The position numbers were made by a program, and so were the translations under genes. DNA of 63,856 bases, filler included, from Basidiobolus ranarum (lineage: Eukaryota): assembly GCA_040143965.1 (NCBI GenBank). It is 6 parts of 6 records of this genome, joined end to end, with 100 filler letters (N's around TTAATTAATTAA, not from the genome) between each part and the next. Parts side by side here need not be neighbours in the genome. Positions count along the whole stretch, not along the records: positions 1 to 10,578 come from JASJQH010007567.1; positions 10,679 to 21,250 come from JASJQH010007568.1; 4 more parts are not named here. One strand, written 5' to 3'. Positions 1-11,799 of the stretch are shown here, piece after piece; the stretch's first letter is position 1; every line of letters starts with the position of its first letter. A model generated the notes under the pieces. It ran no database searches. It was not told where the DNA came from and saw only the letters and a program-made list of their open reading frames with translations.

Positions 1-348
1 GTATACTGTACATGAGATAGCCACTAGATAATCGTAACACCGCTAACATCCGACTCGCCCCATTGAGCACTAAGATGTCACTCGGGCTATTCTTTAACCT
101 AAACAGCTGCTGTTTTGATGTATAGACGTGTTAAGCTGGAAGCATTGACCTGCTTGTTATACAGTCAGTGTTTACCAATTTGACCATTTCAATAATGAAG
201 TTCTACATCTAAATTGAAATCATAGCTTAGTTTGGATCTGGTTATTTGGATCCTGTGAGTCATATATATGATCTACTAATCCAGTCACAAAGGGGTTAGC
301 TTTTTTACTATTCCGCGATTTAGACTCGTCTTTGGACGGTTCTAAAGT

Positions 349-702
349 ATGATACCAGAGGGGACTTGTAATGTGAAGAAGGAGGTTTTAGTTTCATCAG
401 ATCTAGAGTTTATCACGGCTATAATAAAGATAGCTACTGAGGATATTACGTCTGATAAAAATTCATTACTGTACTGGGATATCGATAAAACATATCCCTT
501 CGATTTCTACGAAGACGAAAAGAAACTCAGCTTAGCGTTGGGCTACTTGACAGAAGACGACAATGGCTCTTATGCTTCCAATTTGGATACTGGCTCAGGT
601 GGTGTCTTATTTGAAGAGAAGCCGACAAAGCTAGCGGGCTTCAGAGATAAATTGAAGGGTTCTATAAAGGTAGATTTAAGTTTGAAAGAGTCATCGTATT
701 AG
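349..702 (+). CDS. Hypothetical 117-aa acidic ORF (may be a gene fragment or relic)
   Basis: ATG-initiated ORF with protein-like composition; no motif I recognise. Confidence 0.2.
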   Translation: MIPEGTCNVKKEVLVSSDLEFITAIIKIATEDITSDKNSLLYWDIDKTYPFDFYEDEKKLSLALGYLTEDDNGSYASNLDTGSGGVLFEEKPTKLAGFRDKLKGSIKVDLSLKESSY

Positions 703-1245
703 CTTAACCAAATAGGACATACATTTAGAAGAACCTGGGCTTTCTCCTTCGCAACGAAAAATGGATATTCGACGGCCTCTATCTTATCGCTCTAGGGCAT
801 CACAAAATGAAAGCAGCCAAGTCAAGAATGAACAGATACTAGAAATGGCATTCAGTACTGGCCTATTCTTCTCAGCTCATTTCTTCGTAATGAATTGGGA
901 TTAATCTATACCTTCTTTCTCCTCAATACCAATGCTGTGTTGAAGTCTAATCCTTCCAGTGCCAACTTACTAAATCCAACTAGCCTAACAGAAGAACCAC
1001 CAATCAAATACCATGAGTAACCACTACAATATTATCAATCAATCGTCCGCCCATCTACAACCTTATTCAGTTCGCACCCGCGAATGAAGAGTTGCCCAAG
1101 TTACTGAAAATGGGCTCTCCCCCGATGCTTGTGTAAATCATTAGAGATAGTACATAGTCAGAGCGAGAGTTTATTGTTAGGCTGATATGAAGTGTGAAAA
1201 ACTAATGCTTAAGCTAAAGTGTGAAATGCTAACGGACAATAATTA

Positions 1246-2018
1246 TTAGAGCTTATCAGTTAATTGGATCAGTTTCAAATCCAAATAAACGTAAATTCCA
1301 TCGTCAGACGTCCTAGGTTCACCTACTATCTTGATCTTCTTATTGAAAATGGGTGCGTCAAGAACCATCGTATGATATTCTCCTAACTCCCCACCAATAT
1401 CAATTACATTCTGTAACTTGGGAAAGGTTTTGGAAACTGTGTTCAAGTTTAGCTGATTTCCCACTAAAAGGCCTGCTCCTTCCTCACCACATTGTCGTTT
1501 GTTTGCACAGGTTAATAAAATGTCATATTCGTTTCTGAGTAATTCCTGAATTAAAGTAGGTCTTTCTACTTCCCACAAGGGTCTCCACAACTCTATTCCC
1601 GTATTCTCCACCACTCGTTCCATAAAGGAGGTCTTCATCACGTCAATAATATCCCCTATACGAAAGAAGAATAGATTTTAACTTGACAGAAACTTTACTG
1701 AGTAAAGTTGGTTTCAGTCCTCATACCTGTAACTAAGACTGTGACCTTCGACTCTTCCTTCAAGACACGTACATTATCACGGTAACTTTCTAACCATGGT
1801 TCCCTAATGATACCATATCTGTGAGGTAAGCCTAGCGCGGCCGCTTGTGCTTTAATAAGCTCTTTATTGTGAGCCAGAAAGATTTTATCTTCACTCGGTG
1901 TGAAGGTAACTAAGGTGACTACTTCAAAACCTTCTGCTATCGCTTTTTGTAAGGCAAATACCGAGTCTTTCCCCCCAGTGAATGCAACCGCTGCTTTACG
2001 CCTTTGTTCTGTAGTCAT
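1246..2018 (-). CDS. Diphthine-ammonia ligase-like / MJ0570-type PP-loop ATPase (ATP_bind_4), short form, 2 exons (2018-1727, 1655-1246)
   Basis: AFTGGKDS PP-loop, QAAALGLP, spliced VTG|DI, RPLW, GGELGEYHTMVLDAPIF. The GTATGA...TATAG intron 1726-1656 joins the two ORFs in frame. Alternative start at 2033. Confidence 0.85.
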
Positions 2019-2297
2019 GTTGATATGGGTCATAAATTGAATTTTCTTTAGCACACATAGGAAAATTTCATCCACCAATCATACCTCTCCAATCCAAGTG
2101 ACATTCAATCGGCACGGCTAGATGCTCAAGTATTACACATCTTGACGATATTGCTGATGTTCATTTTCATTTGTTCGTGGAAAGAGTACGAAATTATTAG
2201 AGAAGCTACGGTATCACCTCGCTCCGAAAGATGACCTCTTCACAGCCAACTAGAGAGGTATTCACACTGATTGTTGGAAATGCTTTATATTATGTGG

Positions 2298-2847
2298 CTA
2301 TCGTTGGGCAGATTCATAATACAATACATATACTGTAACGATAGTAGTGGTGGTTGCAATGATGGTGAATAAAATGGTCATTGACTGTCTAGGTGGTATG
2401 GGTAGTCTAGTTGTGGCGTGTGTATATTGTATTAACAAGTAACTAAACAGTGCCATGAGAACTGTTACAATTCCTATGAATAAATAGAAAATAGATATCA
2501 AGAAAGTGGAGCCATCACCCAGTGATGGGTAGAAATGATGTGGAGATTTTTCATCAGAGTGGCAAAGCATCGACGCTCCGAAGCTAACTAACACTATGGC
2601 AAAGCGAATCCATGCTAGGTATGTCCGTTCGTATCCTAAGAGTCAATTGAATAAATCTCAGCACACGACTTAAAGTAAAATCGATATCAAAAATACCTAA
2701 TTGATCTCTGGCTGTACTTCCATTATTGTCAACGACTAGACTTTCCCAGTCAAGACATTGGCTCAACCAGCACTGATTCTGGGTAGATGGTTCCCGAGGG
2801 CGTAGGAGTAGAGGGTCTGTTTCCTGAGGAATATGCCTTGTTGCCAT
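2298..2847 (-). CDS. DUF202 (YidH-like) small membrane protein, 2 exons (2847-2697, 2635-2298)
   Basis: Splicing the GTATTT...CTTAG intron gives GSTARDQLGYERTYLAWIRFAIVLVSFG, the DUF202 signature, followed by hydrophobic helices. Confidence 0.8.
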
Positions 2848-4231
2848 AGTCTAGTAAATCCAATAATTGAGGCACGAATCTGGTGATACGACTTGGGCCT
2901 AACTATCAAAGTAAGTGGACAAAATTTCGGGAATAGTTTTAAGGCCAAAGCGTACTTACTTATATACGAAGAGACCACTATTCTTAGAGCACGTGAAAAA
3001 CCGGAAAACCCCGTTTTAAAAAGGGAATTTTCTCCAAAATATAACTCCAAACCAATAGGAATGGCCCTCTTTCTTTATCTTCAAAAGTGACACTAACCCA
3101 ATAGTTATTATCACTGCTAATACAGGTTGTATCCTTAAATCCGTTACCGCCACCGTCACCATCACTAGATTAGATTCCACTCCATAAAATAGACTCAAAC
3201 GTTACCTTTCGATATCATATAGTTTGAGATAATATCCGATATGATACTACGAGTGCGGGTGCTGGTACAAATACGTGTACGAATACGGATAAAATACTCT
3301 CTTTAGTTGATCTAGTGCTTGAATATACCCTTTGGTGTTGTACTGTTGATCTAGTACTTTATTATAAGATGTAGTACAAAGACGGTGGCAAAGGTAACTA
3401 AAACACAGCAGGGAATTCGACGACTATTTGTATGGCAACCCTAAGCTTTATATGGATAAAGAGCATGTGGTGTGACTGAAGTAAACTCACGCAATCTAAT
3501 GCAACTGTATGCAGAGCTACAATTGAACACAATTCTGAAGTGATATTCCCATCAACGGTATACTTTTTCAAGTGCTAAAGAGAAAAACTTCCTTTGCTGA
3601 ATGATAAGAATAGTATTGAGACGCTGGATTTACATAGCAACATACAGCCTGATGATAGGTGTCGTACTTGATCCCAGTATTAGGGAAAATAATTTCCAGT
3701 CGCTGCTCTGCGCAAAAAGCAGAAGGGGAATTTCTTGAATTTAATGCTTCAATGCTTCTCTTTTTCCACAGTTTTATTCCCCGGTATTCCTAGTTAATCC
3801 CCGTGATATCTGTACAGATAACTGTACAGGTAGCCGTACAGTATACAGATCACTCAATGTTTACCCCACGCTTTCAGCCCCTTTCAATGCAATGAGCGTA
3901 GCTACCGGAGATTCTTAGCTTCTTTATAACCTCTCGCTTATCGACTCACTTCTAAGTTGGATTTTTCATTGATACCCCTTTTGATTACTTCATTTATTTC
4001 TTGTATCCCTCAACACTATCTTTTCATTATAATACTCCATTGCTCGTCAAGCTCGTCAATATAACCCTTCACTTAGAATAAATTAGAAGGTGGGGTTTCT
4101 GTAGCTGCTATCCATCAGAGTTGATACCTGACTAACATCCCATTTTGTCTCTCTTTTCGCTCTTAGCCGAACTGATCTGGAGAAATATCGCCCTGCATAT
4201 TTATATATAAACCAATACCCTCCCATCTATA

Positions 4232-7200
4232 ATGAGTTACAAAAGGGACATGAGCAGTCCTATAGAACAGCATGATCTAGCAGAGTTCCCCTCACCAAAT
4301 GTCGATGATATCGTGTCTTTATTGAAGAATAGATCCCAATCTGATATTCTTTATACTGGGATAGGTGTTCGCACACTCATAGCTCTTAATCCAGTAAAGC
4401 CCTCGGAACGCTTTAATGAGGCACTATTGAAAGAATATTTGGCAGAATACAAGGATACCTCCGGTCAAGGTGATCGACTACCTCCTCATATCTTTCAGAT
4501 TATGGCCAATGCTTATCTTGAGATGCGTAGGACTGGATATGATCAAGTATTGGTGTTCAGGTAATGTTCATGTGTCTGTAAGAGTGTGTTGGAATATTTC
4601 TGACTGATCATATACTTCGTTAACAGCGGTGAAACTGCTAGTGGTAAAACTTGGAACAAAAACCACGCCCTTGACATGCTTAGCAGACTAAGAGAGTCTT
4701 CGAAAAAGGAATCGCATATTATGAAGCAGATCATGGACGCAAACTCCATCTTGAATGCATTCGGTAACGCTAGCACTATCTACAATTCCAACGCATCACG
4801 TTTCGGAAACTACACTGAGATTCAGTTCAGCGAAAAAGGACGAGTCATTGGGGCAAAGATTTTGGATTATCTGCTGGAGAAATCTAGAGTTGCTAGAGTC
4901 TCTCAAAATGAGACTAATTTCCATGTCTTTCGATACCTCTTGGATGGAGTCAATGAGGATGAAAGAAAACACCTTCAATTAGAGAACACGAGCTTTCATT
5001 ATCTGCAAAGTCCCTCCAACGGCAATGCTACTTTAAGATCGGAACTAGAAGAGCTTCGTGGTGCTTTGAAGTCCCTTGGCTTCAACAAAAAATACCAGAG
5101 TCAGATCTTTCGTTTACTTGCGGCAATCCTTCATCTGGGAAACATCAACTTCACCGATCACCCAAACCGAGTCAGCGAAGCAGCCTACGTCAAGAATGTG
5201 GATGTACTAGAAGTTGCGGCCGAATTCTTGGGGGTTGATCCAGCCTCTCTTGAAAATGTATTGACTTACAAATCAAAGATGATTCGTAAAGAAGTGTGTA
5301 CAGTTTTCCTGAATGCGCACCAAGCGGAATGTCAAAGAGATGACTTATCCAAAGCACTATACTCGTTACTCTTTAGTTGGATCGTAGAATTTATCAATAC
5401 CAAATTATGCTCAGAGAGGCAAACTAACTTTATTGGATTTGTGGATATGTTCGGCTTTCAAAATTACGAAGTCAACTCCTTCGACTCGTTTTGCGTCAAT
5501 TTTGCTAACGAACGCCTTCATAATTACATCAATCATCAAATATTCGAGGCTAAACTAGAAGAGTACAGTGAACAGGGCATAAATATCCCAGAGATCCCAT
5601 TCTTTGATAATTCACAGTGCCTTGATTTGTTTATGAAGCCCAGCACTGGTCTTATCCCTACCTTGGAAAAACAGGCAAAGAGTTCCAAGGCAACACCTAC
5701 CGACGAATCCGTTTTGGAACTTTTCTCCAAGAACCAATCTTCAAACACTAATTATCAACTATCACCTCAGAACTCCACCTCCCATTTCTCAATTCAACAT
5801 TACGCCGGGTCAGTCTCTTACCAAATATCTGGATTCCTTGAGAAAAATACCGAGAACATAGGATCTGAGTTTGTTGGCCTTTTCCGTGGTGGCGCAGATG
5901 TATCTTCTACATCTAATCCATTCATAGCTGGGCTATTCAGTGAAAAAACTGTTGCCTATGAGATCCATCCACGTAATGAAAAAGCCATTGTCTCTGCTCA
6001 ACAACCGGCTGCCCCTATGAGAAAACCTTCCATGCGTCGACCAAAGAAGGAGGAAAATGAAAGCACCAAGACTCCTTGTATTGCTACTCAATTTCAACAA
6101 GCAATGACTGATCTAATAGAGACTTTAGAAGAGACCATTCCTTGGTTCGTGATGTGTATTCGCTTAAATGACACTCAGACCTCTGGCGAAATCGATAACA
6201 AGAAAATTCGTAATCAAGTACGCTACCTAGGACTCCCAGAGATGGCCAAAGTACACAAACATGAGTACACTTCGTGTATGACACATGAGGAGTTTTCTGA
6301 GCGATACAGTAGTATAATCGAATCTATGGGTGTTGAGCCATCTCGCGACTCTAAAACTAAGTGTCAAGTTGCGCAAACTATACTTGGATTCAGTGAACAG
6401 GATATGATTATCGGCTCCACCAAGGTATACTTAGGATATACGGCTTGGCGCAATCTAGAGAACAATCTCAGAAATGTAGAGCAAAAAAGACACGGCAATG
6501 GATCTCCAGGTTTACTTGAGTCTCGAGCTGGCCATGCAGCATCTAATCTACCACCGGCTTATCTTATGTCTCCCTCCGTAGCTGATAATCAATCTTATAT
6601 CAGTGGAGATGATGTTCGCTCGTTTTATAGTGATGATGATTACTTCGAACGTGCAGAGACCGACTCCGCAATGGAGTCGGAGGTTTTCTCTGTGTCACAA
6701 GGGAACCTTCGAGATCTTGAGGCTAAGAAGATGGCCGATATTAGTCGAGTACAGGAAGGCGAAGAAAAGGTTCCGTTATCAAAGCAACGAAAAAAATGGC
6801 TACGCTGCACTTGGGGTTTAACATGGTGGATTCCTACTGGGTGCCTTCGTAAGTGTGGTAAAATGACACGACCAGATATCCAAATCGCTTGGAGAGAGAA
6901 AACTGCCCTATGTATTCTCATTCTCGTCATGTGCCTGTTTGTCCTGTTCTTCTTGATCTTCTTTGGAGAATTGATTTGTCCAAGGCAATATGTATTCTCA
7001 AAAGATGAACTTGGCGCTTACAACACAAAGGATAAGCCCTACGTATCTATCCGTGGAGAAGTATTTACCGTGAAAGATTTCATTCACAAGCAGGTAACCA
7101 GCAATGAGTTAATTAAAAACTATGCTGGAAAGGATGTGTCCGATCTTTTCCCCATCCAAGTGAGCTATCTCTGTGACGGCCGCTCTGAATATGGTATCAA

Positions 7201-9949
7201 CCCTGCGGTAGTGCTTCAGAACTATACGGACTTGAACGCAGGTTATCATGACTATCGCTATGCTAAACTAGGTAACGATATGTCCAATTTTTATCAAGAT
7301 CGTATTATGGCCTATCTACGTGCAAAGAACCTGAAAGGTCAGATGTCATGGGCTCCCGAGACTATCAATGATGCAGGGAAGAAACAAAACTACGCTTGGG
7401 GAATCATCGATAATATGGTGTACGATATTGACTCCTACAGTCGTGGTCAAGTTTACGCCACATATCCACCCAATACTGTACCATCTGGAAATGCTGATTT
7501 AGACTTTATGGATCCTTATCTGGTTTCTCTATTTACCAACAACAAGGGAGAAGACCTAACAGCTCGCTTTAATCGTCTTTATGCTGACAATCCAGTTCTA
7601 AAGTCACGAATGAAAGTGTGTCTACAAAATATATTCTATGTGGGAGTCCTTGATACACGTAATTCCGCACAATGTAAATTCTCAAACTACATTCTCCTGG
7701 CCTCTTCCATTTTCCTAGGTTCCGTTCTCTTTTTCAAATTCTTGGCAGCACTACAGCTTGGCTCCCGTCGTGAACCCGAAGATCATGATAAATTTGTGGT
7801 TTGTCAAATCCCTTGCTATACTGAGGGTGAGGAATCACTACGTGGCACAATCGACTCACTAGCCGTACTCAAGTACGATGACAAACGGAAACTTCTATTC
7901 ATCGTCGCTGACGGTATGATTGTCGGAGGTGGTAATGACCGTCCTACCCCTAGAATTGTACTGGATATATTGGGAGTGGATCCTGGGAATGACCCCGAAC
8001 CTTTAGTGTATCATGCTTTGGGTGAAGGAAATCAGCAACTGAATATGGCACAAGTTTACACCGGGCTATACGAATGCTCGGGTCATGTAGTTCCATACCT
8101 TGTAGTGGTTAAAGTCGGTAAAGCCACTGAGCGTTCAAGGCCTGGGAATCGAGGTAAACGTGATTCGCAGTTGGTTCTCATGAATTTCTTCAACAAAGTT
8201 CATTTCCAAAAAGAAATGAATCCATTGGAACTAGAAATGTATCATCAAATCAAAAATGTCATTGGTGTCGATCCCTACTTTTATGAGTATGTTCTTATGG
8301 TGGATGCCGATACCATCGTTCTACCTGATTCTTTGAATCGCATGATATCGTGTATGCTTCACGATACAAAAATCATGGGTATCTGTGGAGAGACTGAATT
8401 GATGAACGAAAAGGCCACTTTTATCACCATGATCCAGGTTTACGAATATTTCATTTCCCATCATTTGAACAAAGCTTTCGAATCTCTATTTGGCTCGGTC
8501 ACCTGCTTACCCGGATGTTTCTGTATGTATCGCTTCCGTACGCCAGTGAAAAATCAGCCACTGCTAATTGCCAACTGTATTTTGGAGGACTATTCCGAAA
8601 ACAAGGTCGACACACTACACAAAAAGAATTTGCTCTCATTGGGTGAGGATCGTTACTTGACCACACTGATGTTGAAACACTTCAATTATCATAAGATGAC
8701 CTTTACACCCGATGCCAAATGCAGAACCAATGCTCCTGACACCTGGTCTGTTCTACTTTCGCAACGTCGTCGTTGGATTAACTCTACCATTCATAATCTT
8801 TCGGAATTGTTGTATTTACCAAGATTGTGTGGTTTTTGTTGTTTCTCTATGCGTTTCGTGGTGTTTTTGGATTTGCTTTCGACCATCATTCTGCCCATTC
8901 AGTGCATTTACTTGGCATATTTGATTTACAAAGTGGTGAGTGATCCTTCAACTGTCCCCCTGCTATCGATAGTTCTTTTGGCATGTATCTATGGCTTCCA
9001 AGTAGCTATCTTTATATTCAAACGTCAATGGCAACATATAGGATGGATGATTGTTTACCTTTTCTCACTACCGGTGTTCAGTATGTTCCTTCCTGTATAT
9101 GCATTCTGGCATTTCGATGATTTCTCCTGGGGTAATACACGTGTAGTGATAGGAGAAAAAGGAAACGTAGGACATGTCTCTTCAGAAGAAAAATTCGACC
9201 CTAATAGCGTTCCATTGAAAAAATGGACTGACTATGAACAAGAAATTTGGGAAGTTAGTTCCCATGCTTCCCATGACTCTCGTGATTCCAGAGGCTCCTC
9301 AAGAACTGCTAAAACTCATGAAAGTTATCGCAGTCATCTTTCCAAGAAGTCAAAAGTTACTGAATTAGGTGGTCCTCATAGTATTGTCAACACACCTATG
9401 TCGGCTTATAATGGACTTGACGGGTATCTCTCACCAGACGTGAGAAACAGCTCTAGATCCCCCGCCCCTGATCCTCGAGTGTATAGTCAATATTCAAACG
9501 CAAGAATGTCACCAAGCGTCAATCCACAAACATCTAGATCTCGGGAGCGATATTCACGTGGCGGATTCTCTTCGGCAGGGTCAGATTATGGAGGAGATCA
9601 ACGTGCCCGTGGTGTATCGGCATTAAATGTTACCAGCGCTTTGTCTGGTTATCCGCAGGGTAATATGACACCTTCCCTATCTCCATCAGTTACAGGCGAA
9701 GACTACGGAGTAAACCATTCACCCGGTCATCGGATGGGTGGTAGTCGCAGAGGAAGCGCCTCTGGGGCTTTTCCTTCAGACGAAGAGATCTTGGAAGAAG
9801 TTCGAGCGATATTGTCGGTTGCTGACTTAATGACAATCACAAAAAAGCAAGTACGCGATGAGATATCTCGCTATTTCGGCGTAGACATGTCCTATCGAAA
9901 GGACTACGTCAATAGCTGTATCGATATGATTCTTCAAGGAAAACTTTAA
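4232..9949 (+). CDS. Class V chitin synthase with N-terminal myosin motor-like domain (CsmA/ChsV/Mcs1 type), 2 exons (4232-4560, 4627-9949)
   Basis: Spliced P-loop FSGETASGKT; NAFGNA, NASRFG, DMFGFQ and NFANE myosin motifs; cytochrome-b5-like region; GT2 motifs GKRDSQ, VDAD, LGEDRYLT, QRRRW; C-terminal DEK-C-like LMTITKKQVR. Confidence 0.97.
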
Positions 9950-10578
9950 ACAGACAGGAAATGAACTTCTTTTAGATTCAGGGTGGAATTAAGGTTCATG
10001 CAATTCACCAATTTCATAAAAGTTCATAGTTCCGATATATCTTTCTACCCATATTCACTTGTCATTGACCCTATTCTATCCTTATACTTACATAGTAGCT
10101 TGCAATTTTGTTTGCTCTTTAAAAGGAACCATTACCTCCTCCACTTCTTCCCCACTAGATTGCAGATTTAGCGCTCCGTTTTGCTTATGATAGCAACACC
10201 TTTAATATCGCAATTAAAAAAATAACAATCATAATAATTACGGTACAGTCGTGAATTCACTGCTGAATGTAGGAAAGAACCACCCTATTGATCCTCGATA
10301 ACCAAATCAAACAGTTATAATGGGTATTAAACTTTGAACTGAAAGTGAAATCCACCGTGAAACTGATTAGTAAACAATGACAAAATCCATTGGAACAACA
10401 TCGCGTGTGGTGATCGCATCGTAAACCAAATTGGAGGATATTGATGTATTGGGCCTATCAGGCCAAATCTGGCAATTCTATACACATGTAATGTGGAGAC
10501 CATACGTGCTATTTTTGAACAGCAATTCTGGATATACAACTGGACAAGACACATTAAGCAGAAGACGAGACACATTAA

Positions 10579-10678
10579 NNNNNNNNNNNNNNNNNNNNNN
10601 NNNNNNNNNNNNNNNNNNNNNNTTAATTAATTAANNNNNNNNNNNNNNNNNNNNNNNNNNNNNNNNNNNNNNNNNNNN
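10579..10678. other. Artificial contig linker (N44-TTAATTAATTAA-N44)
   Basis: 100-nt linker with stops in all six frames, identical at five positions. Confidence 0.98.
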
Positions 10679-10680
10679 AA

Positions 10681-10771
10681 ACCCCCTGCTTTCTTTTTTA
10701 CATGGGGGATTGCATCCCCCATACCCCCTGCTTTCTTTTTATACTGGGAGGACTGTGTCCCCCAGACCCCC
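10681..10771. repeat. Tandem GC-stem hairpin units with ACCCCCTGCTTTCTTTT repeats (probable transposon-end relic)
   Basis: GGGGGAT-TGC-ATCCCCC (10704-10720) and CTGGGAGGAC-TGT-GTCCCCCAG (10744-10765), each followed by ACCCCC; ACCCCCTGCTTTCTTTT occurs twice. Confidence 0.6.
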
Positions 10772-10950
10772 TCTTTTCATCCTTACCAGAACATCTATAC
10801 CCTAAATGATGGTTAGCTCCTGATAATTGACAATTGTAACCAATGCACTATGCCAGAATGTTATCTTGCCAATATCTGGCGTGCTTATTACTGTGAGTAG
10901 TCAAGTCTCCCTCATCACATTAGAACAATCTGGACTAGTGATTGAATTCC

Positions 10951-11799
10951 AATTATTGGTATGTTCAAGTAAGGAGTACATTTCAGCAACATAACCAGCA
11001 AGGCAACCCAATGCTGATTCTCAATTTACCAACAGGAAAGTTGTTGCAAACATGGATAAATTTATAGGTTTTTCTTCAGCCTGGAACTCCAACAATTCCC
11101 AGTCTGTTCTCAATTCAAAGGCATTGTAACTAAACATAGTTAATAACTAATTAAGCCTGGTCAGCACCCACTTGGTTTTGGTTGTCTCTTGATGGTGTGC
11201 TTCTTCTTCCTGATGGCATTTTTCTTCTTGATGGCATGTTTCTGCAATTTGAAGTTGTAGACAAAGGAGCTCAGCTTCCTGCTGATTATGCGGTATTCCT
11301 GACAACAAAAGCAATCATATTTCCCTTACTCATACGTACTGGCTGCTGGAATTGGAAGGGACACATAGGTATTTGTGATAATATCATCTTCAGGAAGGTG
11401 CATCATCCAATTGAAGGCATCTATGGTTAAACGGATTCCACTGTTGGCAAGTTTTTCTTAACAACCTTCTTTTGACATTCATGTGAAATCATGTTGCATG
11501 CCATCAGCAAGAAGTCAAGCTCTATTGTCAATAGCTTCAAGAAGAAGCATGCCATCAAGAAGAGGCAACCAAAACCAAGTGGGTGCTGACCAGACTTAAT
11601 TAGTTATTAACTATGTTTAGTTATAATGCCTTTGAATTGAGAACAGACTGGGAATTGTTGGAGCTCCAGGCTGAAGATAAACCTATAAATTTATCCATGT
11701 TTGCAACAACTTTCTTATTGGTGAATCAAGAATCAGCATTGGGTTGCCTCACTGGTTACGTTGCTAAAATGTACTCCTTGCTTCAACACACCAATAATT
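10951..11799. repeat. Long inverted repeat / foldback (arms ~10951-11287 and ~11503-11799, spacer ~215 bp)
   Basis: The reverse complement of the right arm aligns with the left arm over ~250-300 bp at roughly 90% identity by eye in the outer part, e.g. CCAACAATTCCCAGTCTGTTCTCAATTCAAAGGCATT. Confidence 0.92.

Noticed and set aside
4755-8924. Short antisense and alternate-frame ORFs within the chitin synthase (also within PHB1, RPS19, UTP17 and the sugar porter)
   Set aside because: Shadow ORFs of well-supported genes, with no motifs.
10327-10578. Near-open frame (KIHWNNIACGDRIVNQIGGY*CIGPIRP...) with an in-frame TGA, considered as selenocysteine or readthrough
   Set aside because: No recognisable selenoprotein motif or SECIS, further stops upstream, and truncated by the contig end.
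10623-10634. TTAATTAATTAA palindromes as biological sites
   Set aside because: Synthetic six-frame stop linker embedded in Ns.
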